This document shows, in pieces, positions 28,513-42,517 of a stretch of 64,000 nt of DNA; position 1 is the first letter of the stretch; each line of letters opens with the position of its first letter. The notes beneath the pieces were generated by a model. It had not been told where the DNA came from, did no database searches, and saw only the letters and a list, made by a program, of their open reading frames with translations. The DNA is taken from positions 90,086,001 to 90,150,000 of the forward strand of contig OX597824.1 of assembly GCA_951406725.2 (NCBI GenBank), in the 5' to 3' direction. A program made the translations under genes and the position numbers. This DNA is from Octopus vulgaris. Taxonomy: Eukaryota.

Positions 28513-29247
28513 TGACCAAATTTGGAAGACAGAAACTGAAAAAAAAAGCCCATCATATATGTGCATGCATGCATGTATGTGTGTGTATGTATGTACATAC
28601 ATATATACACATAAACACATACACACATGCTCATAAATATATATATTTTTTTTTTTTTGTGACCAACTGGGCCATCAGATGTTGCTACACATCACTGGTC
28701 ACAATGCGCTTCACATTGTTTTAGCTTTCAATGACGCCACCCCACTGGCTAAGTGAGCAGGCCAATATATATATATATAATGGGCTTCAATATAGTTTCA
28801 ATCTACCGAATTCTCTCTCAAGGCATTGGTCACCCTGAGTGTATAGTAGAAGACATTTGTCCTAGGTACCACTGCACAATGGGACTGAACCCAAAACCGT
28901 GTGGTTGTAAAGCAAATTTCTAAACCACACAGCCACCCCTGCATCTAAATGTGGAATAGACTCAATAAAATTACCTCAAACACAGAGTCACGGAAATACC
29001 TGTCCAGCAATGGAAGTGGTCTGGCTTCTCACTTCATCCCGTGACTTGTTTCTTCATCCACGTGGCCCCTGTTTTCAGCAGATCAAAGCAAAAATCAGCA
29101 GAAATGAATGGGAAAAAAGCCATATTAGGCTTTCTAGTCTCTGCTAAACACAAATGAGAACTCAAAATTGAATTACATACAATTGTATGTGTGTGTATAT
29201 ATACACACACATATATACAGATATGCACATATGCAAACATATATATA

Positions 29248-29284
<37 letters not shown>

Positions 29285-29383
29285 GAACATATTTCTCACT
29301 CAATATATATATATATATATATATACATACATATACATGTATATACAAACATACACACACACATAGATATGCATATATGCAAA

Positions 29384-29423
<40 letters not shown>

Positions 29424-29739
29424 AACATAAATACTCATACACACCTACATAAATACATGCGCACAGACACACGTGTGCATGCACACACACAAGCAGATAC
29501 ATAGACGATTACAGTATGATATATTAACATATTAAATTGAAATTAGTGGTGAAAACATGTATTTCACTTCCATTGGGTTTATGTTTGCAGCCAATTTTTA
29601 GCGCATTACACTTTCTATCCATCATAAGTTTTTTAATAATTTTTTTCTGTGTGAGTGAGTGTTGTAGGGAGCTATCCTGCTGATTGAGTGGGTTTTTTTT
29701 ATTTCTCCTCTTGTTTTCATAATCCTAATGTTTCTTTCT

Positions 29740-30960
29740 TTCCTTAATCCATACCTAATTACGAAAAACATTTCACATCTCACCCCATATATTTCCCTCT
29801 TTCACACCCATTCATACAAATATTTCACATCTTCCTCCACACATTTCACACCTCATCCTGAACATTTCATATCTTCTTGCCCATATTTCACACATCACAC
29901 CATACATTTTACACCAACACCATTTCACACACTACCCTATAAATATCACACCTTATCACATAAATACCATGCCTTGTCCCACAAATTCACCCCTTTACTT
30001 CACACATTCCACCTCTTATCCCACACTTCCTATCTATCCTCATTACTTCATAATTTCCTTGTTTCACGCACACTTTTCACAATTTCTTATTAGCTTATCA
30101 ATCTTCACACATTTCAGCTCTCCTCACCGACTTCAAATTTGTTCCTACTTAATTTAATTTTCTATATTATTTATTATTATTTATTATCATCATTATTTTC
30201 TTATTCATTTATTTTTTGTAAAGATTGTACTTTAACTTTCTAATTAGTTACCTGTTGTTTTGCACATACCTCTTTTTTGCATTTAATTCACATTTTTTGC
30301 ATATAAATCACATCTATGTTAAATATAACTCACATATCTTTTGTATATATTTTTTATATTTCTTTTTTAATATAATTCACATATTTTCTCTATATTATTT
30401 GCATCTTTGTTTTATGTAATTCACATCTGTTTTATGTATGTATAATAATCCACATCTTCTTTTGTATACTTTTCACATTTTTAGCATATTCTTCACATTT
30501 TTAGCATATTTTCACATTTTAGCATATTTTCACATTTTAGTATATTTTTCACATTTTTAGCATATCTTTCACATTTTAGCATATTTTTCACATTTTTAGC
30601 ATATTATTCACGTATTCTTGATCTCAATTTCACATTTTATTTTTCTGTGTTTTAGCATCTTTTATATTAATTTTTTTTTATTCCTTTCTAAAACACATTG
30701 ATGTGTCTTCAACGTTTCACATAACTTTATTAAATATCTTTACATTTTGTTTCACTCACATCTAACTTCTTTGTTACTTTGTCACATTTTCCCTAATTTT
30801 ATTCACATTTTGGCATTTTAAACCTAACAGTTCTTAACACCTGTTTCACAGTTTTGTTGTTTTTTTTTAATTTTATAAAATCATTATGAATTATTATTTA
30901 AGTTATTTTTGAAAGTTATGTTTTAGTTTTTTTTTTTGTTATTGTTGTTTTTAATCACAT
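29740..30960 (+). promoter_or_regulatory. G-poor, YCAY (TCACAT/TCAT)-dense tract, including an ~18-bp TTTTCACATTTTAGCATA repeat; candidate splicing-regulatory region
   Basis: Dozens of TCAC/TCAT motifs on the sense strand directly upstream of the polypyrimidine tract and microexon candidate. Confidence 0.4.
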
Positions 30961-31038
30961 TTTACACAATTTAACGCTCTTCTTTATTAACATATATCTT
31001 TCTTCTCTTTTTCTTTTCTTTTTTCAAACCTGTCCCTC

Positions 31039-31086
<48 letters not shown>

Positions 31087-31164
31087 ATCTATCTATCCCT
31101 CTTTCTCTCCCGTCCCCACCCCCGGCGGAGCCTTATGGTACTGGATCAAAATCTTTTCCTGCAG

Positions 31165-31176
31165 GATTTTGACAAA
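31165..31176 (+). CDS. Candidate 12-nt microexon DFDK (or the 3' end of a 46-nt exon from 31131)
   Basis: TCTTTTCCTGCAG|GATTTTGACAAA|GTGAGC; phase 0-0 fits flanking exons; long pyrimidine tract upstream. Confidence 0.55.
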
Positions 31177-32992
31177 GTGAGCCAATCTGTTTCTGCTGAT
31201 GTGCTGCTATTTCTGTAAATTCTTCGTGCCATGCGTACCCGCAATGTCTTTTTTTTTTAATTTATTTTCTTTTATATATATATATATTATATATGAGTGA
31301 GTCAATATATAGTGGTGAGGGGATGGAGAGGTGAGGGGACAAGGTAGGGAGTTGGAGACGTTTTTCATTGTGACCCCTACTTGTTCATTCAAACCCTCCT
31401 TCCTTGTGTTTCTAAGAATTTTCGGGAGTAAGGATATATCTCCCCACTCTCTCTTTTTTTCTTTCTTCTTTATCTCTCTTCTCTTTTCTCACCCCCTCCT
31501 TCTCTCTCCCTCTCTCTTTTCCTTTACACCCCTCCATATCTCTCTCCCCTATTCTGCTACCCTTTGCCATGTCTTCCCTTCCTTTAAAAACATTACTTAA
31601 CTCCAATGCCTTTCATTCTTTATGAAGTTTCATGAAGTCCAAAACAGGCTTCAAAATCAAGGCTTACTCATTAGTTTTTTTGTGGGGCTGGGGGGCGTTC
31701 AGCAAACCATTCCTTCTGGTCTCTAAAATTACACTGTACACATCTTCATTCAGTCATTTCCCCACAAAAATAAAATTTCAAAATGAATTCTTAAAGAATG
31801 GTATAAACCTTAAAACATGGCTATAAAATAGCCCACTACAAATAACTTACATTTTTTATGCTTAACCCTTGTTACCAACCCAGCTGAAACCGGCTCTGTT
31901 ACCAACCCTGAGTAAGCCAACTGTATTGGAGGATTAACTAACACACATTCTCTGGAATACGGTCACAGCTTTGCCAATTCCATGGTTGATGTTAGTCTAA
32001 ATATTGCCTTTGTTACTGATGCTATTACCCAGATAGGTGAATCTGTCAATTGCCTCCCAGAACAGCTTTCAAAAAGATGACATCAGATGGAAAAAGGAAA
32101 AAAAAACTGGGAAGCACATGGCATAGAACATTCATAATTTGCACAAAAGGGGTCAATTATCACATGGTCAGAGGCAGAGAAACCTGCCTCCAACAAAAAC
32201 CAGCGGAGTCAAACTTGCTGCTCAAAGTGCTCAAAAGTACAGGAGGAAATGAACTCAGTATCTAAAGCACTGGAATTATTAACGCCATGCCAAACTTTAC
32301 CATTATGTAATAAAGGCAATGTCTGTACTTTAGGCAAGAAAACCAAATAGACTGTAGGGAGCCTGTCTATTCCCAAAAGTTCTTGCCAATTCTTCTCATT
32401 TATCAAATGATGTCCTTCGGTTTCCTGACTGTTGACCTCACTGGACGATTCCTCTACAACTAATGGTTTGCTTCCCACACCATAACCCCTACCATCAATA
32501 ATTTACCATTCTCTTTGAGTGTCTATTAATCCCAAAACATATCTACATACCTTTGATATTCATCTCTCTCCAATCACTCCCTTACTTTCTCTCTCTCACT
32601 CTCTCTCCCTTTTTGCTTCCTATTCTCCTTCAGCCTCTTTCTCTCTTTCTCTCTCTCTCTTTCTTGTCTGTCTTCACAACCCCACCCCCACCTCACCAAT
32701 GCCATTATTGCTATTTAGTTCCAATGTATTTTGGCTTTCTATGAGCTTGTGTGCTGCGCTTGGCTGCTAGTATTTGTTGCCTCAGTATCTGTCGCCTAAA
32801 TTATATATAAATACACTCACACACGCACACACACATTCATGTTTAATATATTTTTTATACATAAAACACATTTATTGCATATAGTGTATATATATATGAA
32901 ATATTACATATATATTTATATATGTAATGCTTATACAAACACATTTAATATATTTGTATAGACATCAACACATACAATACATGTGTTATATT

Positions 32993-33043
<51 letters not shown>

Positions 33044-34524
33044 TGTGACAAAACTTTTATAAACTCAAAACCCTGACATAATTATTACTCTTATCAGTAT
33101 TAGAATTCCTGTGAAAGATAATCACACAATATAAATCTATGGTGTAATATATACAACTAAACCACCATAAAATGAGAAACCAGGAAACCTTAAATAAGTT
33201 CAACAAGTCAAGAATGAAGTATAGCTTAGATAGATAAGTACAGAAGATATAGAAGTTCTCAAGCAACAAGTACATCAAACATATAATCCCTTTATCTGCT
33301 GCTTAAAAGCTTATGTATCTCGTTATCCCAAAACGCATTCTAAAAAAACTATAAATTACAGTGTAACAATGCATGAAGGCTTTCAAGGGGCATTTACCAT
33401 TAAGAAGGACCAGTGGAATTCAGTAGAAAAAATGTATTATTAGTGTTAAAGAGTTGTTTTGGTTTAAAGTGGATAACTAATTTCGCAAAATTTTTACACC
33501 ACCATTAGGTTACCTTAACTGACTTTCTATCGAAAACTTTAGCTTACCTTAACTAACTTTCTATTGAAAACTTTAGGTTACCTTAGCTGAGTTTCTATTG
33601 AAAACTTTATAATTATAATTAATTGATAAATGGAAAAATATTGAATTTAAAAAGTCTTTGGCAATGTTTCTTCATACATTTAAACTATAAATATATTTGT
33701 ATATTTATTCAAGAAACTCTTAAACAAATTTACAATTAGCCTTTGGAAGCCCATTTAGTTTCTATAAGAAAGCTGTGAGTATTTTGAAATCAAATGATCA
33801 ATCACTGAATATACTTCTTCCTAATGTATCAGGCAGCTTTCATTCAAATTCATGAAATGAATTACAACTTTTTTTTTTTTTTTTAAAACATTCATGAAAA
33901 TCAGAGACGCAAGTTGTTGTGACATACCTCACAATTCCCACTTTCCAAATGTACACCATTGAATAGATGAGCTTTGAAATTATTGCAAATTTTAGAAAAC
34001 TATAGATCTTGATATTTCCATTATTGACTCCATTTTTTGGAGATTTATATGTTGCAGAAACATCTCAAATTTTTGAGTTATTTTTCTTGCACAATTAGAT
34101 TCTTTAACTTGCATGCAATTTTTATATATATATATTTTTATATATTCTCACACATATACTCACATTTTTTTCATATTTTTACCTAATTTTCAACAAACAT
34201 ACCTACATAATTTTGCGTAACCCCATCGTCCCACCTCTAAGTGATGGTACATTCTCCTTCCTCTTTCACAACTAACAGTCTACATATCACATCCTTTTGC
34301 ACCATTTTATACAATCGGAACTTGCATTATTCAAAAACAGCTAATGTATGTTTATTTAATGTTTCATAATTGTGTGTAGATTAGAGAGAAGACACTTCAG
34401 ATGATAACTTGTAAAATTTCAGTATCCAAAAATTATGTATATCTTGTGTGTGTGTGTGTATGTATGTGTGTGTGTGTGTGTGTATAAATATACATAAGAT
34501 ATGGGTGTAGTTGTATGGATGTGA

Positions 34525-34860
34525 AGGAGCATGGCTCAGTGGTTAGAGCATCGAACTTACGATTGTGAGGTTGTGAGCTCAAATCCCGGACCGGGCTGTG
34601 TGTTATGTTCTTGAGCAAGACACTTTACTTCACATTGCTCCAGTTCACTCAGTTGTAGAAATGAGTTGCGATGTCACAGGTGCCAAGCTGTATCGGCACC
34701 TTTGCCTTTCCCTTGGATAACATCAGTGTTGTGGAGAAGGGAAGGCCTGTATGCATGGGTGACTGCTGGTCTTCCATAAACAACTTTGCCCAGACTTGTG
34801 CCTGGGAGGGTAACTTCCTAGGTGCAATCCCATGGTCAGTCATGACTGAAGGGGGTCTCA
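34525..34860 (+). mobile_element. tRNA-derived SINE with TTGAGCAAGACACTT core
   Basis: A box TGGCTCAGTGG, B-box-like TCAAATCC; related copy at ~42920-43190. Confidence 0.65.
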
Positions 34861-36378
34861 GTTGTATGAACAAAGAAGCCTGCTTCCCAACTCTGTGGTT
34901 TCAGGTTCAGTCCCACTGTATGGATGTGTACAAAATCTGCTTCAACAAATTCTGTGTGACCCATGCAGGCATGGAAAATTGGATGTTAAATGATGATGAA
35001 GATGTATACATCTATGTATACAAATTATTTATAAAAAAATACTCATATAATGACATGTGTATATATATCAATATACACACATTATTAAAAGCATCCATTT
35101 CATTCTTGGAGTGGTTGGCATTAGGAAGGGCATAGAACCATAGAAACCATGCCAAACCACACTGGAACCAGTTCCAGTAAAACCATCTAACCCATGCCAG
35201 GATGGAAAGCGAAGCTAAATGATGATGATGATGGTGTGTGTGTGTGTGTGTATGCATATGTATGTACAGAGGGGAGATGGTGTGTACGTTTGCATGTATG
35301 AGAGAGCTATCAAGCATTAAAGGCCTTTGTATGTAGTAATATTAATGATCATCATAATAATGATAATAATAAGAGCACTCAGAGAGCACAAACCTCTACC
35401 AAGGCAACACCAACATCGTCTCAACGGTTATCCAGAAGTGATTTTTAAAATGAGAATATCTGAAATAAACTCGACTGCTCTCACAAACAAGAATACTAAA
35501 AATTAACCTGACTGCTCTCAAAGATTAACTAAAAAGAAAAGACGGAAAAATAATCCAGTATTTTTGTCCAATACCAGATCGATCCCAAAATCTAATCAGT
35601 TTGTGCTAGACACGAGACCAAACATCCTTGAAAGTTTCATCTGAATCCATCCAGTGGTTCTTGAGATATCTTGTCCACAGACAAACAAACAAATACAACT
35701 GAAAACAATATCTCCACCTTTGCTAAGGCAGAGATAATAATAAAGCTGCAGCACTTGTTTATGTTTTTAGTGATTGAATATATTATGCATTACACTTTTG
35801 TTTGTTTTGGTATTTTACGATTTCTTGACCTTCAAACTATGAGTAAATACAAACAAAAAATACAAATAGTATACAAACCTCCATCGCTGCTTATACTTAT
35901 TTCAACACATTACATCAATACAGTCCAGTCTTCATATCTGATAACAATGTGGTGCACACACTTACAGACAAACACACATAAATACATATTTGTTTGTATT
36001 TATGTATGTGTATATATGTATGCATATGTATGTATATGTGAGTATGTGTGTATGTATATGTGAGTATGTGTGTATGTATATATATATGTGTTTATGAGTG
36101 TATGTATGTATGTATGTATATATATATATATATATATATATAATGTTTATGAGTGTATATATATACATATATACATACATTCCTGAGTGTGTATATATAT
36201 ATATATACATATATATATGTATATATATATATACGTGTATATTTGTAAAATATATTTATATTTATGTATCTGTTTATGTATACTTATGTATATATGTGTA
36301 TGTCTGTATGAGATCTGTAAATGTTTGTGAATGTATATATATATATATATATATATATATGAATGTATATGTATGTAC

Positions 36379-36419
<41 letters not shown>

Positions 36420-38223
36420 TGTATTTCTGTGTGTGTAGTGTGTGCATGCTTCATTAGACACCATCACCACCACCACCACCACACTGTCCCTTCCACTCCC
36501 CACTCTTAACAACCTGTTAAGTAGAACCATGACAATATAATATGTTAAATATTTAATTGCGCCGTACACTTATGTCTGATAAATAATCAATCAGTTGACA
36601 TTTCCTGATCAAATATCTGCATGCAATGACTAATAAGAGCAATTCCTTTCAAAGGTCTTTGGAGATGAGTGTTGTGACAGTCGTACTTAGCCATGAGGAG
36701 GTGCAATGGCACAGTGGTTAGGGCAGCAGACTCGCGATCGTAGGATCGCAGTTTCAATTCCCAGACCTGCTGTTGTGAGTGTTTATTGAGCAAAAACACC
36801 TAAAAGCTCCACGAGGCTCCAGCAGGGGGTAGTTGCAGACCCTGCTGTACTCTTTCACCACAACTTTCTCTCACTCTTTCTTCCTGTTTCTCTTCTACCT
36901 GTATTTCAAAGTGGGCTAGCCTTGTCACACTGAATATCCCCGAGAACTACGTTAAGGGTACACGTGTTTATGGAATACTCAGCACATTAATTTCACGAGC
37001 ATGCTCTTCCATTGATCGGATCAACTGGAACCCACATCATCGTAACTGACGGAGTGCCATGACTTAGCCATAATGGCGTCAGTTATGGAAAATAAAAGGG
37101 ATATCAAATATTTACTGCAGGGAATCAGGCTGGGGTTCACGAATGAGTGAACAAATGTGCCACCTTTCCTGCACAACATAATGCCAAAGGTTTTGCTTAT
37201 TGCCTCTGTGAGGTCCAACACTCGAAAGGAACTCAACCACTGACTGAAACCAGAAAGACAAAACCAATAACAACACATTTCCGTAACACACTGGAATTCA
37301 AGTATTTGTGTGTTCTTCAAAAGTTTAAATGTATTATTCCCCAAAAATGTATTATTCCACAAATCCCTTTCCAAAGTTATCTCTACAGACCTTTAAGAAT
37401 TAGAGCCAGCACTGAATGTTATAACATTTCATATACGAATATGTCTGTGATCGAAGATAGAAAAATGAGTAATGGATGTATATGCAGATTTCGGGAGTTA
37501 TTGCTAAGTCATCAGCATCACACCCAACTCACTAACCATTCATAAACATATTGCTTAAATACCAGTAATTGATATTCCACAAATATGAGAAATATCCAAT
37601 ATCAGATCATTCAAATAATTAGTTTATCTATTTCATTTTTGCATTTGGTTTGCAAGATTCTTGATGTGAACTTGTGTGTTGAAATATATTTTGTTGTATC
37701 TTGGTGGTGGGGTCATTATGTCAATAATAAACACATGCACACACACACACACTGGTTATATTTCATTTCTTTATTTCTTATTTGTCAATTGGTTAACCAA
37801 TTAACTGATTATTTAATTAATGATTCAGTTAATCAATCAATGAGCTATGTTTGTCAAAGTCCTTTCATTACCTTTTCCTGTCACTTCATCAGTGATGTGT
37901 GCTGTCTGCTCCAGTCCTGCTTCAGGTCTGTCTGTTTGTCTCCTAGCTGGCAGGTTCAATATTTATATTGGTGTATGGATGTGAAGGGGGATGTTTAAGA
38001 GAGAAAGAGAGAAAAAGAAAGAAAAAGTGTGGATGTATGTATGAGTGTATTTTTATGCATGTTGTTGCTACATGTGTGTGTGTTGATACATGTATGTATG
38101 TGTGTGTGTTCAGATGTGCATTTATATGGTGCAGTGTGTATTTATGAGAATCCACACTATACCTCATTCTGAGAGAGAATATGTGTGTGTATGTAAGTAT
38201 GTGTGTGTGTGTGTGTATTTATA

Positions 38224-38465
38224 TATTATATCAAATTAGAGATAAAACCACTATTAGGCAAATCAAACAGTGAAAATCATAAGCCAATACATGTAAATAA
38301 ATAATTTTTTAATTTTTTTAATTTTAACTTTAATTTAAATATTTGAATTTTGAATTTTATATTTTATATATTTTTTATTAATTATTTTATTTATATGTAT
38401 TGGTTTATGATTTTCACTGTTTGATTTGCCTAATAGTGGTTTTATCTCTAATTTAATATAATATA
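38224..38465. repeat. Inverted repeat, ~80-bp arms
   Basis: AAATTAGAGATAAAACCACTATTAGGCAAATC / GATTTGCCTAATAGTGGTTTTATCTCTAATTT. Confidence 0.85.
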
Positions 38466-38541
38466 TATATATTTATACTATAAAATTAGATTTAATCCTA
38501 AATCTAATTTTTCCTGTAAGTTTGGATTTACTCCCTAATAT

Positions 38542-38593
<52 letters not shown>

Positions 38594-38664
38594 GGCAAGA
38601 AGTAAAATGGAGGGGATCCAGAGATGGTATGCATCAACTGTTAGACATTATAACAGAGAAATGA

Positions 38665-38700
<36 letters not shown>

Positions 38701-38706
<6 letters not shown>

Positions 38707-38826
38707 ATAGAAGGAGCTTCTACAGGACTAGAACTGTTTCATTCAAATGAAATCATCAGGAAGCTTCCTGATGATTTCATTTGAATGAAACAGTTCTAGT
38801 CCTGTAGAAGCTCCTTCTATAAAATA
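38701..38826. repeat. Perfect 126-bp palindrome centred on AAG|CTT
   Basis: Arms checked base by base; contains CTGATGA...GAAAC. Confidence 0.92.
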
Positions 38827-38897
38827 AATTAATTTACTCTGCTATGTATTGAGTACCTTATTTACTGTGATTAACCCCGACTCAACCTGGGACCCAC

Positions 38898-38953
<56 letters not shown>

Positions 38954-39899
38954 CACACTTATACAAAACATCATAAAGAAGAATGGAGAATTAGAACAAG
39001 ATTATTTGTCACAGTATTATTCTTAATAAATTCCAATCCAACATGTGTTTCTACAGGATAAGTATCCTAATGTACTTTGATGTAGCATTCATGTGCATTT
39101 GGTTGCTCCCTTATTGAGTACTGCTTAATTGTTTAACTTTTACAATTCGGTATGTTCCCTGTCATTTGATGTGGTTAGCCAGATCTGGATTATATACCAA
39201 GATATCTGCCCAGATCTGAATCCCTACTCCCTCATGGTTTTATATACATAAACACACATATATAGAGTTGTATCTTGGGAGGGTCATTAAGCCATTAATA
39301 AACACATGTACTGATTCCATTTCACTTCTTTATTTTATAATTGTTTAACTAATTAACTAATTGATTGTTTGATTAATCATACAGTTTATCAATCAGTCAA
39401 CTAACTTTGCTAAAGTTGTATTTTTACCATCCATGACCTTCATCAGTGACATGCCCCCCTCTGCTCCAGGTCAGCTTTATTGTCTTTTGACAGCTTTGTG
39501 TTGCCTATTGGTTATTTTTTTTTGATTTGTTTTGTTCTGTCCTCGTCTGAATGTTTTTTTATGTATATGTTGTTGGCGCTTCTTTATTATTATTGTTATT
39601 ATTATTATCACTGATAATAATAATAATAATATTGTTGCTGTTGATGTTGATGTACTTTAGTTGATTTCACATTGTATCTGTTTTATTTTCTTCTTGGGTG
39701 TTTGAATTGTGGGCAAAAGTAGGCAAACAGTTGCTTAATTTGAGTGGAATGTTCTTTGCATTTCTCTATTTTAGTTTTTAACCTAATTCAGTTCATAAAT
39801 CGACTAAGGGATTTGTGGAAGATGCCTGATTCATTGGAAGCCCTCTTTTTTTTAATTTCTGGGGATTTTGAGTAAATGTTTAATCAACAAGAATTTCAT

Positions 39900-40115
39900 T
39901 CTTTGCAATGGAAACATTGACCAACCAAGCGCTTTTTTGTGCATTGCAGACGGATCCAGTCTGCTTAAATTTGTCATGTATTCTGTAAATTATGAATCTT
40001 GGTGAAGCTGGTCTTTGAAATTCTTCAGTCCATTTCTGTCAAACCATTTCTCCATTTTCCAGCACTGCTCGACAAGCCACTTTCATTCTTTGTTGGACAA
40101 ACTTCCAGCCATATA
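39900..40115 (-). mobile_element. Degenerate Tc1/mariner-type transposase N-terminal fragment
   Basis: Minus strand reads ...PASPRFIIYRIHDKFKQTGSV..., an HTH-type 'RI..KF..TGSV' motif, with a stop. Confidence 0.45.
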
Positions 40116-41194
40116 ATGAATGTCTGAAATTAGGAATAATCATTTTATTATTGAAAGAATTAGTTAAAAACAACGTAGAATCATAGAATTCTTATCATAA
40201 AAAAGAAATAGAGAAAGGGAAAAATGTTCCATTCGTATTAAGCAACTGTATACCTTCTTTTGTACACCCCTGTTTTGATTTAAACGGTTCTAGGAAAATT
40301 TTCCGCAAACATTTTTGCCGTAGGAAAATTCCCTCAGGATTTTGGGCCAAAGGAAAGTTCATCGCATAGAAAATTTTGCTACAAGACAAAGATGAATTGT
40401 CCACCTTGGGATATAATTGTTTCAAACAATTAGAATTGGTGAAGCAATTTCCTAACTCGTTTAAACATTTTTTATTTATTCAACAAAATTTTTTTTGTGT
40501 AGCAAAAATGTTAGCAGAAATTTTAAATGAATTAAGAAATTGTTTTACCCCTTCTAATTGGCTGAAACAATTATCTACGAAGGGAAGCAATTCTTCTTTT
40601 GTCTTACAGCAAAATTTCCTAAGTGGTGAACCTTCCTACGGCCAAAAATCCTGAGGTGAATTTTCCTGCAGCCAAAATGTTTGCGACAAACTTTCTGGAT
40701 ACGATTTACAGTATATGTAATGTGTCTTGTGGAATGTATTGGTGTTGACTTATCTGACTCTGTCTAATGTCTATTTCCATATCATATCTATACGATATGA
40801 TATGTTATGCCACAGTATGATGCTATGAGGCATAGACACAGATGTAGAATTAATCTCAATGAAATAACAAACAATATCAAATAATAAAATAATCCTATAC
40901 TAAAATGAATGAAATAATAAAAAAAAGATTGTACTAACAGGTATCTTATATGTTTTATGTAAATTCCTCTTCATATAAATACAACCTTATCTATTTTATT
41001 ATTCTGTTTTATAATTTTTATAACAAGAATTGTTTTATTATACACTGACACCAGGGGTTTTTTGTTGCTATGTTTTTTTTTTCAATTGCATGACATGTCA
41101 CCTGTTTGCATCTTTAGATGCAAAAGTTTGTTGCCTCTCAACATTTCTGGTTAAGACTTGCGATAGAAATGAAAGCAAGCGCAAAGCAATAATA

Positions 41195-41225
<31 letters not shown>

Positions 41226-42375
41226 TTGTTAATGATAATGATAATTTCTTTGCTAACCACAAGAGTGTGTAATATAATACAAAACATGTCATATACAAAA
41301 GCAGGATTGTGGGGTACAAAACATCAAGAAAAGGAGGCAGGCTGTGGAAAGGAAAGAAAATTAACATGAAAAATTATTCTGCCAATAAACTATTCTTGTT
41401 GTTGTTGAGTTCTATACTACTTATTTTAAACATTCACACAAGTAAAAGGATTTACCAAAACTAAGCGAAATACTGCATCTGTTTTTTTGAGTCGGTAAAT
41501 TTTTCTAAAAACATTCCAACACTTGTTTTAATTTTCTTGTGAATTTTCATTCACTTTTTATTTGTGTAATTTATGTACGTATGTATATATATGTGTGTGT
41601 GTGTGTGTGTAAGTATATATGTATACACTCACACACACACATATCTTAATGTTTGTTTTTATGTTCAGTTATAATAAAAACAATTTAACAAAGATCTGGA
41701 GAGTTACTCCATACTTTTGAAGAATACAAATTTGTTATAAGCAATAGTAAATCTCTGAACGAGGTATGAACAGTAACTGCAACACAATGTGAAGTATATT
41801 TGCCACTTAAATGTAGCTAACCACTACAGTAGTATCCACCCTTAGTGGTTAGCCACATTTAAGTGGCAAATATACTTCACAAATTTATTATTCTTTAACA
41901 AGAATAATATTGAAAGTGACCTTGAAGTTTATATACATATATATAAATGTATCAGACTCACAAACACACTTGTACACACATATCAGAAAACCATCATAAA
42001 CCAAGAAACTAACCTGTTGATAAGTTCAACCCTGTGATAATGAAGAATATCTTAGAACAGGGAAAACACAAGATATAAAAGGATCACAGATAACAAACAT
42101 ATCAAACATATATTCCCATCATCAGTTGCCAATTGGATATCATTGTATTTTCAACACCTAGCCATGCATTGTTTAGTCATAAACATTAGCTGATATTCCA
42201 GAATACACATCTGTCCATCTCCACATGCACACACTTTGGGAATTACTATTTCCCTCCATCCAGCACACACTGATGACTCTAACACAATTATATCATTACA
42301 CTCTTTTCACTGTTGCCTTTAAATCCTGTGTCTTTGATGTCTTTCCGAAAATTCAAATTGTCTGTTGTCTTTCAG

Positions 42376-42517
42376 GGTGCCCTAACTGCTGATGAAGTAG
42401 CTGCCCTTATGTCAAACTACCAATACACGGGTGCCACAACCAACATCCACCCTTATCTCTCTGCTATGGTCAACTATGCTCAACCCGTCAAGTTCCAGTC
42501 GTTTGAAATAGCGGAAG
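42376..42517 (+). CDS. PLCB4: PLC-beta4 exon, linker end / Y-box start [47 protein letters not shown]
   Basis: CAG/GTACTT, 142 nt; [11 protein letters not shown] motif. Confidence 0.97.

Noticed and set aside
39057-39071. Possible 15-nt microexon DKYPN
   Set aside because: Acceptor is fair but donor T|GTACTT is weak and there is no other support.
41118-41125. Possible 8-nt microexon after TTTGCATCTTTAG
   Set aside because: Frame-breaking, with a weak donor.
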